Part shown: positions 35,857 to 45,089 of the stretch, one piece after another | Position numbering within the stretch: the stretch's first letter is position 1 | Layout: every line of letters starts with the position of its first letter | Assembly: GCA_041497895.1 (NCBI GenBank) | Contig: JBGQHJ010000014.1 | Location: 1 to 54,466, forward strand | Length of the DNA stretch: 54,466 nucleotides | Reading direction: 5' to 3' | DNA from: Candidatus Methylomirabilia bacterium | GTDB taxonomy: Bacteria > Methylomirabilota > Methylomirabilia > Rokubacteriales > CSP1-6 | Position numbers and translations under genes: made by a program | The notes under the pieces: generated by a model | Seen by the model: only the letters and a program-made list of their open reading frames with translations | Databases searched by the model: none | Told to the model about the DNA's origin: nothing

Positions 35857-37473
35857 CTACGCGCGCTTGAGGCTGTAGTACCGCTCGAACGTGTCCCAGC
35901 GCTTCTCGAGGCCGACCAGGTCGGCGGTGCCGACCCGCGTCCAGCTCTCGTACCAGAGCAGGCCCCACACCGCGTCGTCGATGACCGCCTTCTGGATGTC
36001 GCGCGAGGCCGCCGCGCGCTTGTCCCGGTTGGTCTCGTGCATGTTCTCGTCGATCAGCTTGTCCACCGCGGGGTTCGCGTACGCGCTCAGGTTCGTGAAC
36101 TTGGACTTCGAGTTGAACAGGAACGTCAGGTGATAGAACGGATCGTTGATCCAGGACTGCCACGCCTCGATCGAGAGCTGGTGATCGCCCTTGGTGGCGA
36201 TCTGCCGGAAGGTGGCGTCGGTCTCCTTGACGATGTTCACCTTGAACCCGATCTGCTCGAGCTCGCGCTGCAGCCACACCGACGCCTGCTCGTGGGTCGG
36301 CCAGCCCACCCGCACGGCCAGGTCCACCGGGATCGGGGCCTTGTCCATCCCCGCCTCCTTCATCAGAGCCTTGGCCTTCGCGATGTCGTGCTTGTAGGGC
36401 GAGTAGTCCCCGAGGTGGGTCGGCGTGAGGTTCGGCACCGGGCTCTTCATCTGGGTGCCGTAGCCGAACAGCACGTTGGGCAGGATGGCCTGGATGGGGA
36501 TCGCGTAGTTGACCGCCTGCCGGACCAGCTTGTTGTCGAACGGCGGCTTCCGCTGGTTCATGCAGAGGTAGTGGCACGTCGTGTCGGGCACGCTGAACAC
36601 CTTGAGCCCGGCCTCCCCCTCCAGGGCCTTCACGTTCTTCGGGCTCAGCCCCGGCCGGCCGGCGACCAGGTCCACCGCCTTACGCTTCAGCAGCAGGACG
36701 CGGTCGGCCTCGTTGGGCACGAGCTTCAGGATCACGCGGTCGAAGTAGGGCTTCGGCCGCCAGTAGCCCGGGGTGGCCTCCATCACGATCTCGACGCCCG
36801 GCTCGTTCTTGACCAGCTGGTAGGGCCCGATCGACGCCTGGTTGCGCTTGAGCCACTCGGTCGCCCACGGGTCGTCCTTGGTCGCGTTGGGCTTCACCGC
36901 GTCCGGGTCGAGAATGGCGTTGTTCGACAGGGTCACCGTGTCGAGGCCCATCGGGCTCGGCGCCTTCATGGCGATGGCGAACGTGTAATCGTCGCGCACC
37001 ACGAACTGCTCGGGCGCGCTCACCTGCATCAAGGTGGGGATGACGAGCTTCATGTAGCCCGGGGAGAGCAGGCCCCGATCGAAGGAGTACTTGAACGCGT
37101 GGGCGGTGATCGGCCGGCCGCTCGGGAACTTCATGCCGCGCCGGACCTTGAGCACGATGGTGGCTCCGTTGTCCTCCATCGTCCACGACTCGGCCAGGTG
37201 CCCCTCCCACTCCCCCGGCATCGAGCGGAAGAGCCCGGGCCGGCCGTCGATCGGCCGCACCTTCCACATCAGCGGCGCGTCGGTGGTGTTGGCCACCGTG
37301 ACGTAGGCGCCCTGCGACTTGAACACCGCGGGATCCAGCGAGTCGATGTCCGAGTCCCACGCCACCACCAGCGTCTTCTTGTCCTGCGCGGCGGCCCGCC
37401 GCCCCGCGGCGAGCGCGGCGGCGCCCACCCCCGCGGTCACGAGAAAGTCGCGTCGACTGACTCCAGCTCCCAT
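35857..37473 (-). CDS. ABC transporter substrate-binding protein, family 5, Tat-exported
   Basis: SRRDFL Tat signal, SLDP, LAESW, R.GMKF.SG.PITA, GPYQL, PPFDN.LVRQAVNYAI. Confidence 0.95.
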   Translation of the reverse strand: MGAGVSRRDFLVTAGVGAAALAAGRRAAAQDKKTLVVAWDSDIDSLDPAVFKSQGAYVTVANTTDAPLMWKVRPIDGRPGLFRSMPGEWEGHLAESWTMEDNGATIVLKVRRGMKFPSGRPITAHAFKYSFDRGLLSPGYMKLVIPTLMQVSAPEQFVVRDDYTFAIAMKAPSPMGLDTVTLSNNAILDPDAVKPNATKDDPWATEWLKRNQASIGPYQLVKNEPGVEIVMEATPGYWRPKPYFDRVILKLVPNEADRVLLLKRKAVDLVAGRPGLSPKNVKALEGEAGLKVFSVPDTTCHYLCMNQRKPPFDNKLVRQAVNYAIPIQAILPNVLFGYGTQMKSPVPNLTPTHLGDYSPYKHDIAKAKALMKEAGMDKAPIPVDLAVRVGWPTHEQASVWLQRELEQIGFKVNIVKETDATFRQIATKGDHQLSIEAWQSWINDPFYHLTFLFNSKSKFTNLSAYANPAVDKLIDENMHETNRDKRAAASRDIQKAVIDDAVWGLLWYESWTRVGTADLVGLEKRWDTFERYYSLKRA

Positions 37474-37483
37474 GTGTGCCTCC

Positions 37484-37807
37484 TCAGTCCGTGATCTCTT
37501 CGGACCAGAAAAAGATGTTCTTCGATCGCTCCAGGTAGTTCCCGTAGAGCTGACGCATCAGCTCCTGGCCCGCGGGCGACGCGATGTCGCGCTGATACTG
37601 GTCCGCGTCGCGGATCTCGATCCGCTCGATGTAGCTCCAGCCCGCCGTCTCGGCGCCGTTGATGGGCCCCTCGATGCGATGAGTGCGATAGCTCACGATG
37701 CTGGGGAGCGATCGCGCCACCACGTAGTCGTACTCCCGCAGCCAGCGCTCGTAGTCCTCGCGCTCGACGCCCGGCTTCAGCGTCGTGATCACGTACCGTA
37801 CCGGCAT
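37484..37807 (-). CDS. HapK/RedY-like small protein, copy 1
   Basis: LKPGVEREDYERWLREYDY...LPSIVSYRTHRI...WSYIERIEI; GGAGGAAGG SD. Confidence 0.72.
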   Translation of the reverse strand: MPVRYVITTLKPGVEREDYERWLREYDYVVARSLPSIVSYRTHRIEGPINGAETAGWSYIERIEIRDADQYQRDIASPAGQELMRQLYGNYLERSKNIFFWSEEITD

Positions 37808-37829
37808 GGTCCCTTCCTCCCGCGGTGTC

Positions 37830-38075
37830 TCACCGCGCGGCCCCGGCGCCGCCGGCCAGGGGTTCGAAGCAGTCGAGCACGTCGCCGGGGGCCAGCACCG
37901 CGTCCCGCTCCGCGACCGCCTGGTTGCGCGCCACGACCCACGTGTCCTGGTCGGCGCCGAGCCCGGCGAGGACCTCTCCGATCGTCGCGCCCGCCTGGAG
38001 GTCGAGGGTGGTCCGGCTCGCCCCGTCGGGCAGGAAGCGTCGGAGCGTGCCGTGCATCACCACCGTGACCGTCAC
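37830..38075 (-). CDS. MoaD/ThiS ubiquitin-like sulfur carrier with a C-terminal extension (…PLAGG-AGAAR)
   Basis: VTVVMHGTLRRFLP...GATIGEVL..LG...VARN.......L.PGDVL..FEPLAGG beta-grasp pattern; GTGA overlap with the LLM stop. Confidence 0.85.
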   Translation of the reverse strand: MTVTVVMHGTLRRFLPDGASRTTLDLQAGATIGEVLAGLGADQDTWVVARNQAVAERDAVLAPGDVLDCFEPLAGGAGAAR

Positions 38076-39109
38076 CGCCCCGCCGCCCTCACCCGCGGCA
38101 TGACCTCCCGCTGGAACCGCTCGATCACCACCTCGATCCGGCCGTCGGGCGACAGCGGGTAGAGCATGAGCTGCGTGACCCCCTGCTCCGCGAGACGGAC
38201 GACGCCCGCCGCCACCTCGTCGGGAGGGCCGGCCAGCGTCACCGCGTCGACGAAGCTCTCCGGCACCTCCGCGGCCGCGGCCTGGAAGGGCCGGGGGTCG
38301 TAGGCGTACGTCAGGCCCTCGAGGTGCTTGGCGAGGGCGGGCGGGACCGTGAGCCCCGCGGTGACGAAGGTGAAGAAATCCGGGCGCTGGGCGGCCAGGC
38401 TGCGCACGATCGTCGGCTTCATGAGGTCGCGCGCCGCCCGCCGGTCGTCGTGCACGCAGACGTTGATCCGGGCCACGAGATCGATCCGGCCCACGTCGCG
38501 GCCCGCCTCGCGCGCTCCCGCGGCCACCGTGTCGCGGAAGAAGGCGATCAGCGCCCCGGCGACGCAGCCCTGCATGATGGCCCCGTCCGCCACCCGGCCC
38601 GCGGCCCGGACCCCGACCGGGCGCTGGGAGGCGATGTACATCGGCACCTCCGCGCGCACCGGCCTGAAGTCCAGGCGGCCGCCCTCGATCTGGACGACCG
38701 ACCCCTTGTACGTGACCGTCTCCCCGGCGAGGAGCTTGCGGATGACCTCGATGGCCTCGCGCAGGCCCGGGCCGGGTTTCTCGCGGACGATGCCCAGCTC
38801 GCGGAAACCACTGACCCCGGCCCCGATGCCGAGCACCGCACGCTGCCCGGAGATCTCGTCGAGGGTCGCGATGGCCATCGCGGTCAGCGCGGCGTGGCGC
38901 GAGTACGGGTCGGTCACGCACGGGCCGAGCTTGATCCGCTGCGTGCGCAGCGCGCACAACGTCAGCGAGGCGTAGACCTCGCGAAAGAAGCGCTCGTCGG
39001 CCAGCCAGAGGTAGTCGTAGCCGGTGCGCTCGGCGAGCTGGGCGATCTCGGCCAGCCGGGCGGCCGGATGCGAGGGCAGCAGGAGGAGCCCGGTGGTGAT
39101 CGGCATCAT
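38072..39109 (-). CDS. LLM-class (Mer-like) flavin/F420-dependent oxidoreductase
   Basis: AERTGYDYLWLADE, LGPCVTDPYSRH.A.TA.AIATLDEISGQRAVLGIGAG, AGRVADG. Confidence 0.92.
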   Translation of the reverse strand: MMPITTGLLLLPSHPAARLAEIAQLAERTGYDYLWLADERFFREVYASLTLCALRTQRIKLGPCVTDPYSRHAALTAMAIATLDEISGQRAVLGIGAGVSGFRELGIVREKPGPGLREAIEVIRKLLAGETVTYKGSVVQIEGGRLDFRPVRAEVPMYIASQRPVGVRAAGRVADGAIMQGCVAGALIAFFRDTVAAGAREAGRDVGRIDLVARINVCVHDDRRAARDLMKPTIVRSLAAQRPDFFTFVTAGLTVPPALAKHLEGLTYAYDPRPFQAAAAEVPESFVDAVTLAGPPDEVAAGVVRLAEQGVTQLMLYPLSPDGRIEVVIERFQREVMPRVRAAGR

Positions 39110-41379
39110 CGCGCCTCCGCGCGCGAGGCGAGGACGATCTTCTCCGCGGTGATGGGCAGGCTGGTGATCCGGCCGCCGCCCGCCGCCGCGATGGCGTTGG
39201 CCACCGCGGCGGGAGGCTCGACGTTCGGCGGCTCGCCCACGCCCTTGGCCCCGAATGGCCCCACCCGGTCCGGGTGTTCCACCAGGATCGACTCGATGCG
39301 GGGCACGTCGAGCGTGGTCGGCATCTTGTAGTCGGTCAGGTTGGCGTTCAACACGCGCCCGTCGCGATACACGATCTCCTCGGAGAGGGTCTGGCCGAGA
39401 CCCTGGGCCACCCCGCCCTCGATCTGCCCCTCGATGTAGGTCGGGTTCAGGGCGAAGCCCACGTCCTGCGCGACCACGTACTTGTGGATGGTGACCTCGC
39501 CCGTATCTCCGTCCACCGAGAGATCCACCGCGTGGGCGTGGAAGCTCGGCGAGTGGAAGGCCGGGTAGACGTGGCCCTCGACCCGCTTGGTGTCGTAGGC
39601 GGTGCCGGGCGCGATGAAGGTGCCGTGGGCGATCATGCCGCCGCCCGCCTGCTGGGACTGGCGCGCGAGGTCCGCGAGCGAGACGCGGCCGTTCGGCCCG
39701 ACCACGTGCTTGTCCCGCAGGGTGAGCGCTTCCTCCGGCGCCCCGAGCTGGACGGCGGCCTGGGCGAAGAGCTTGCGCTGGAGCTCGGCCGCCGCGGCCC
39801 GGCAGGCGTTGCCCACCGCGAAGGCGGTCCGGCTCCCCTGGGCCCCGAAGTCGAAGGGGGTCGCGAACGTGTCGCCGGAGACCACCGTGATGTCGGCGAG
39901 GTCGACCCCGAGCGACTCGGCCAGGACCTGCGCCGCGCCGGTGAGCGCCGCGGTGCCGATCTCCACCGCGCCGGTGTTCAGGGCCACGGTGCCGTCGGGG
40001 CTGATCTTGACGTAGACGCCCGACGACCCGCCGGTCGTCGTCCACCAGCCGCAGGCCAGGCCCTTGCCCCGTCCGGGCTCGGGCCGGCGGTCCCGCCAGC
40101 CGATGGCGTCCGCGGCGCGCCGCAGGCACTCCTCGAGGCCTACCGCGCTCAGGACCTGCCCGGTCGGCCCCTCGTCGCCCTCGTGGACGATGTTGCGCAG
40201 CCGCAGCTCGAGCGGGTCGATGCCGAGCGCGTCCGCGATGATATCCATCTGCGACTCCACCGCGAAGTTCGCCTGGGGTCCCGACGGCGCGCGGTACGAG
40301 CCGCAGTTGGTCTTGTTGGTGTAGACCGCGTAGCCCTCGAGGTGCAGGTTCGGCGTGCGGTACGGCCCGGCCAGGACCATCGTCGCCACCGAGGCGACGC
40401 CCGGGCCCGACCCGGCGAAGGCACCGGTATCGAAGTAGATGCGACCCTGCCGGGCGGTGAGGCGCCCCTCGCGGGTCACCCCGGTCTTGAGCTCGATCAC
40501 CGTGCCCTGCCGTGGATAGGCGGCGGTGAGCTCCTCCTCGCTCGTCGTCATCACCTTCACCGGCCGGCCGGACTTCCGGGCGAGCAGCGCCGAGAAGTGC
40601 TCGACGCCGATGCGCAGCTTGCCCCCGAATCCGCCGCCGACGCCCGGTACGATCACGCGAATCTTCGACGGCGCGATCGCGAGGATGTCGGCGAGGGTGG
40701 CCTGCACGTCGAAGGGGAGCTGCGTGTTCGACCAGACCGTGACCTGGCCCGAGCTGTCCCACGCGGCCACCGCGGCGCGCGGCTCCGTGTAGCCCTGGTG
40801 CACCATCGCGGTGGTGAACCGATGCTCGAACACCCGGTCGGCCTCGACCCAGCCGCGCTCCACGTCGCCGACCACGATGCGGGCGCGGTTGCATACGTTG
40901 CCGTCGCGCTGGAGGACGGGGTTCGCGGTGTACGACCGCCACTCCGGATGGATCAGCGGGGCGCCCGGGGCGAGCGCCGCGGCGAGGTCGAGCACGGGCG
41001 CGAGCGGCTCGTAGACCGCCTCGATCGCGGCCAGGGCCGCCTCCGCCGCCTCGAGCGTGACCGCGGCAACCGCGGCCACCGGCTGGCCCACGTAGCGCAC
41101 CACGTCCGCGGCGAAGACCGGCTCGTCCTTCACCGCGGCCCCGTAACGGACGTCGGGCACGTCGGACGCCGAGATGACCGCGCGCACGCCGGGGAGACCC
41201 GCCGCCCGCGTGGTGTCGAGCCGGGCCAGGCGCGCGTGCGGCTCGGTGCTGCGGAAGACCTTGCCGTACAGCATGCCGGGCAGGGCGAAGTCCGCGGCGT
41301 AGACGGCGCTGCCGGTCACCTTGCCCGGCGCGTCGAGGCGCGGGAGCGAGTGGCCGACGACCCGCAGGGCCGCGCTCAC
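39106..41379 (-). CDS. xanthine oxidase-family molybdopterin-binding large subunit
   Basis: KVTG...Y..D, VGGGFGGK, SYRAPSGPQ, GAQGSR, EGQIEGG..QGLG, GAKGVGEPP. Confidence 0.95.
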   Translation of the reverse strand: MSAALRVVGHSLPRLDAPGKVTGSAVYAADFALPGMLYGKVFRSTEPHARLARLDTTRAAGLPGVRAVISASDVPDVRYGAAVKDEPVFAADVVRYVGQPVAAVAAVTLEAAEAALAAIEAVYEPLAPVLDLAAALAPGAPLIHPEWRSYTANPVLQRDGNVCNRARIVVGDVERGWVEADRVFEHRFTTAMVHQGYTEPRAAVAAWDSSGQVTVWSNTQLPFDVQATLADILAIAPSKIRVIVPGVGGGFGGKLRIGVEHFSALLARKSGRPVKVMTTSEEELTAAYPRQGTVIELKTGVTREGRLTARQGRIYFDTGAFAGSGPGVASVATMVLAGPYRTPNLHLEGYAVYTNKTNCGSYRAPSGPQANFAVESQMDIIADALGIDPLELRLRNIVHEGDEGPTGQVLSAVGLEECLRRAADAIGWRDRRPEPGRGKGLACGWWTTTGGSSGVYVKISPDGTVALNTGAVEIGTAALTGAAQVLAESLGVDLADITVVSGDTFATPFDFGAQGSRTAFAVGNACRAAAAELQRKLFAQAAVQLGAPEEALTLRDKHVVGPNGRVSLADLARQSQQAGGGMIAHGTFIAPGTAYDTKRVEGHVYPAFHSPSFHAHAVDLSVDGDTGEVTIHKYVVAQDVGFALNPTYIEGQIEGGVAQGLGQTLSEEIVYRDGRVLNANLTDYKMPTTLDVPRIESILVEHPDRVGPFGAKGVGEPPNVEPPAAVANAIAAAGGGRITSLPITAEKIVLASRAEAR

Positions 41380-41861
41380 GACGCCACCGCCCCGGCCATG
41401 CGGCCCGCGGCATCAAGCACCGCGTCCACGATCTTCTGGTACCCGGTGCAGCGGCACAGGTTGCCGGCGAGCGCCTCGCGGATTTGGGCCTCGCTCGGCC
41501 GCGGGTGTTCGTCGAGGTAGGCCTTGGCCGAGAGGATCATCCCCGGGATACAGTAACCACACTGCACGGCCCCGTGCTCCACGAAGGCCTGCTGCAAGGG
41601 ATGGAGCGTGCCCGCCGGCGCCAGGCCTTCAATGGTCGTGATCGCGCGGCCCTGGGCCACCACCGCCAGGTAGAGGCACGAGTTCACGGCCAGGCCGTCC
41701 ACGAGCACCGTGCAGACCCCGCATTCCGCGTCGAGGCAGTTGGTCTTGGTCCCGGTGAGACCGAGGTCGGTGCGCAGCACGTCGAGCAGCGTGCGGTCGG
41801 GCTCGACGAGCACCTCGTGGCGGTCGCCGTTGATCGTGAGCGTGATCGGAATCTTCGCCAT
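41376..41861 (-). CDS. xanthine oxidase-family [2Fe-2S] small subunit
   Basis: GTKTNCLDAECGVCTV, NSC, QCGYC.PG, GNLCRCTGY. Confidence 0.95.
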   Translation of the reverse strand: MAKIPITLTINGDRHEVLVEPDRTLLDVLRTDLGLTGTKTNCLDAECGVCTVLVDGLAVNSCLYLAVVAQGRAITTIEGLAPAGTLHPLQQAFVEHGAVQCGYCIPGMILSAKAYLDEHPRPSEAQIREALAGNLCRCTGYQKIVDAVLDAAGRMAGAVAS

Positions 41862-41887
41862 GGTCTCTCCCCGCGGGTCGCGATCGC

Positions 41888-42760
41888 CTAGGTGGCCCGC
41901 CGGGCACGCTCGACGCAGCGGTCGAGGGCGCGCCGGACCAGGACACCGACCAGATGCCGTCGAAACGCCGCGGAGGCTCGCACATCGTCGATGGGACGGC
42001 AGGCCTCCTGGGCCGCCGCAGCCGCGCGCTCGAACGCCTCGCCGCCGACCGGCCGCCCTTCGAGGGCGCGCTCCGCCTCGTGCGCCCGCACCGCGGTCGG
42101 GGCCACCGCGCCGAGCGCGATGCGCGCCTCCAGGCAGCGCTCCCGGCTCGGGTCCAGGGTGAGCCGCGCGGCCACGCACACCACCGAGATCTCCATGGCC
42201 CGCCGCCGGCCCGCCTTCAGGAAGGCGCTGGACGCGTGCGCGGGCAGCGCGGGCAGGCTCACGAGGGTCAGGAGCTCGTCGGGGCGGCGGGCCGTGCGGT
42301 TGGGTCCGAGGAGAAAACGTTCGACAGGCAGCTCCCGCTCCCCACCCGGCCCGACCAGCCTCACCATGCCATCGAGCGCCAGCAGGCAGGGCACCAGGTC
42401 CGCGGCCGGCGAGGCATTCGCCAGGTTGCCGCCCACCGTCGCGACGTTGCGTACCTGATGGCCCCCGATCACCTCGGCGCCCTCGATGAGACAGCGGAGC
42501 GCCCCGCCGAGCGCCGGCGCCCTCTCGATCGCGCGATGGGTGACGCACGCGCCGAGCTCGATCCGGCCGTTGGCCTCGATGCCGGCGAGGCCGGGCACCC
42601 GGTGAAGCCCGACGACATGGCGCGGCGCGACCCGCCCGCGCTCGATCTGGACCATCAGGTCGGTGCCACCGGCCAGGAAGCTCGCCTCCTCGGCGAAACG
42701 CGCGGCCAGGTCGACCGCGTCCGGCACGCTCTCGGGCTGGTGGTACTCGAAGCGACTCAC
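41888..42760 (-). CDS. xanthine oxidase-family FAD-binding medium subunit
   Basis: LAGGTDL, QVRNVATVGGNLANASPAAD, PIDDVRASA.FR. Confidence 0.95.
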   Translation of the reverse strand: MSRFEYHQPESVPDAVDLAARFAEEASFLAGGTDLMVQIERGRVAPRHVVGLHRVPGLAGIEANGRIELGACVTHRAIERAPALGGALRCLIEGAEVIGGHQVRNVATVGGNLANASPAADLVPCLLALDGMVRLVGPGGERELPVERFLLGPNRTARRPDELLTLVSLPALPAHASSAFLKAGRRRAMEISVVCVAARLTLDPSRERCLEARIALGAVAPTAVRAHEAERALEGRPVGGEAFERAAAAAQEACRPIDDVRASAAFRRHLVGVLVRRALDRCVERARRAT

Positions 42761-43536
42761 GAGGTGAAATCCTTCGCGTTGACGTGAAGCGGCCAGATCG
42801 ACGCGAGCCGCTCGCCCACCTCGATCAGCCGCGGGGCGAGCGCGTGCAGGCGCGCGAGCGAGAGCCGGTAGGCGGGACCGGAGAGCGCCACCGCGCCCAC
42901 CATCGAGCCCCCCCGCGTGATCGGCGCGGCAATGGCCCGCCCGCCCTCGGCCAGCTCCTCGTCGGCCAGCGCGTACCCGGCGGCCCGGACGCGCCCGAGC
43001 TCCTTCTGGAGCGCGGCCATCGAGGTGATGGTCTTGGGGGCGACCACCGAGAGACGCCGGCCCAGCACGCGGGACACCTCGGAGGAGGGCAGCGTCGAGA
43101 GCCACAGCTTCCCCGCCGCCGTCGCGTGCAGAGGCGCCCAGAGGCCGACGAGGGGGAGGAGGCGGATCGTCTGGCCGCGACCCTCGGCCTTCGCCACGAA
43201 GAGGACCTGGTCGCCATCGACCACCGCGAGCTGGACGAGCTCGTCGGTCTCGTCGGCCAGCTCCTGGAGCAGCGGCAGGAAGACCCCAGGCATCCCGGCC
43301 TGATCGGCGTGGCCGAAGGCCAGGGCGAGCAGCCGCCAGGTCAGCACGAAGCGACCGCTCGCCGCGTCCCGTCGGACGTAGTGGCGGCGCTCCAGCGTGC
43401 CGAGCATCTTCGAGATGGTCCCCTTCCCGCAGCCGATGGCGCGGCTCAGATCCTTGACGTTGTTGCCGTCGGGACTGGCGGCAAGCGACTCCAGGATCCG
43501 CATGACCCGCACGATTCCCGCGACCTCGCGCGCCAC
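42757..43536 (-). CDS. IclR family transcriptional regulator
   Basis: N-terminal HTH, PLHATAAGK, GYALADEEL..G.RAIAAPI, ALSGP. Confidence 0.93.
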   Translation of the reverse strand: MAREVAGIVRVMRILESLAASPDGNNVKDLSRAIGCGKGTISKMLGTLERRHYVRRDAASGRFVLTWRLLALAFGHADQAGMPGVFLPLLQELADETDELVQLAVVDGDQVLFVAKAEGRGQTIRLLPLVGLWAPLHATAAGKLWLSTLPSSEVSRVLGRRLSVVAPKTITSMAALQKELGRVRAAGYALADEELAEGGRAIAAPITRGGSMVGAVALSGPAYRLSLARLHALAPRLIEVGERLASIWPLHVNAKDFTS

Positions 43537-43561
43537 TGAGCAGGGGTCTCCGAGTCAAAAT

Positions 43562-43608
43562 TTGAAACGGCGTTTCGACTTTATAGCGGGCGGGCTCCCG
43601 GATGTCAA
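43562..43608 (-). promoter_or_regulatory. sigma70 promoter (TTGACA-N17-TATAAA) with an adjacent palindromic operator GAAAC-N3-GTTTC
   Basis: -35 at 43603-43608, -10 at 43580-43585; inverted repeat at 43564-43576 over the likely transcription start. Confidence 0.7.
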
Positions 43609-43641
43609 GGCCGACCCGGACGGGGGCGATGCCGGAAGACG

Positions 43642-43842
43642 CTAGCTGGTGGTGGGGGTCTCCGCGGGCATCGTGATCAGGTGCTTGACGGGACCGGGCT
43701 CCGCGCGCATCCCGTGCTGCAGCGCGGGCACGATGTGGATGTCGCGCACCGCGAAGTACCCGAGGGTGGCCAGGGCGCCCGCGATCCACACCGCCCCGAT
43801 GATGTTCAGGATTCGTCCGCTCCAGCTCTTTCCGGTCGTCAT
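43642..43842 (-). CDS. small single-TM hypothetical protein (66 aa)
   Basis: Strong AAGGAGGAGG SD; one hydrophobic helix (ILNIIGAVWIAGALATLGYFAV). Confidence 0.7.
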   Translation of the reverse strand: MTTGKSWSGRILNIIGAVWIAGALATLGYFAVRDIHIVPALQHGMRAEPGPVKHLITMPAETPTTS

Positions 43843-43896
43843 GGACCTCCTCCTTGCGGATGCTTCGGCAAATGACATACCCGCCGGACCGCCCCG

Positions 43897-45009
43897 CTAG
43901 ACGAGCAGCGTCTCGAGCGCCGTCGCCGGCTCGCCGAGCGCCTGGGCCACCGCGGGGTGCGCGATGCGCCCGCGCCAGATGTTCACGCCATGCGCCAGCG
44001 CCGGGTTGCGGCGCAGCGCGGGCTTCAGATCCTCGTTGGCCAGCGCGAGCGCGTACGGCAGCGTCGCGTTGGTCAGGGCGAACGTGGAGGTGCGCGGCAC
44101 CAGGGCCGGCATGTTGGCGACGCCGTAGTGGACCACGCCCGAGACCAGGTAGACGGGATCGAGCAGCGTGGTCGGGTGGATCGTCTCCACGCTGCCGCCC
44201 TGGTCGACCGCGACGTCCACGATCACCGAGCCCTCCTTCATGGCCGCCACCATCTCCTTGGTGACGAGCACGGGCGCGCGCGCCCCGGTGATGAGCACCG
44301 CGCCCACCAGGAGATCGGCCCGGCGCAGCACCTGGTCGAGGTTGTAGCTGTTGGACATCAGCGTGATCACCCGTCCGTGGAAGAGATCGTCCACCGCGCG
44401 CAGGCGGTCGACGTTCACGTCGAGGATCGACACGTCGGCGCCCAGGCCGAGCGCGATGCGCGCCGCGTTCACCCCGACGGTGCCCGCGCCCACCACCACC
44501 ACGTTGCCCGGCGGCACGCCCGGCACCCCGGCGAGCAGGATGCCGCGGCCGCCGTGGGCCTTGGCCAGGTAGAACGCGCCCTCCTGCACCGACAGGCGGC
44601 CGGCCACCTCGCTCATCGGCGCGAGCAGGGGCAGGCTGCCGTCGGTCCGCTGCACCGTCTCGTAGGCGACCGCGACGACGTCCGCGGCCTGGAGCGCCCG
44701 CGCCAGCTCGGGCACCGCGGCCAGGTGCAGGTACGTGAACAGGATCTGGCCCGGGCGCATCCGGCCGTACTCCTCCGGCAGCGGCTCCTTCACCTTGAGG
44801 ACCATCTGAGCGCGGGCCCAGACCTCGTCGACCCCCGCCAGCGTGGCGCGCTCGCGCGCGTACTCCTCGTCGCGAATGCTGCTGCCGAGCCCGGCGCCTC
44901 GCTCGACCACGACCTGATGCCGCGCCTCGACGAGGGCCCGGACGCCGGCGGGCGTCAGGGCCACCCGCTGCTCGCCCGGCTTGATCTCCCGAGGAACGCC
45001 GATGATCAC
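43897..45009 (-). CDS. ald: alanine dehydrogenase
   Basis: [47 protein letters not shown]. Confidence 0.97.
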   Translation of the reverse strand: MIIGVPREIKPGEQRVALTPAGVRALVEARHQVVVERGAGLGSSIRDEEYARERATLAGVDEVWARAQMVLKVKEPLPEEYGRMRPGQILFTYLHLAAVPELARALQAADVVAVAYETVQRTDGSLPLLAPMSEVAGRLSVQEGAFYLAKAHGGRGILLAGVPGVPPGNVVVVGAGTVGVNAARIALGLGADVSILDVNVDRLRAVDDLFHGRVITLMSNSYNLDQVLRRADLLVGAVLITGARAPVLVTKEMVAAMKEGSVIVDVAVDQGGSVETIHPTTLLDPVYLVSGVVHYGVANMPALVPRTSTFALTNATLPYALALANEDLKPALRRNPALAHGVNIWRGRIAHPAVAQALGEPATALETLLV

Positions 45010-45089
45010 GCTGCCCGCATCCTGCCCTTCCCTCGCCCGCGGGTCAAGGCGCTGCGTGGGGTCCGGACGGCTGTGCTAGCGTAGCCCGG

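Noticed and set aside
39106..42760. Aerobic CO dehydrogenase (coxMSL) or 4-hydroxybenzoyl-CoA reductase
   Set aside because: The M-S-L order fits, but the L subunit lacks AYxCSFR (it has SYRAPSG), no coxDEFG is present, and the FAD subunit lacks the Cys-rich [4Fe-4S] insert of HcrB.
38072..43789. Apparent giant fusions in the ORF track (1114-aa LLM, 633-aa FAD subunit, 390-aa Fe-S subunit, 375-aa Ubl)
   Set aside because: These are upstream open frames caused by high GC. Real starts sit at 4-nt overlaps or SD sites.
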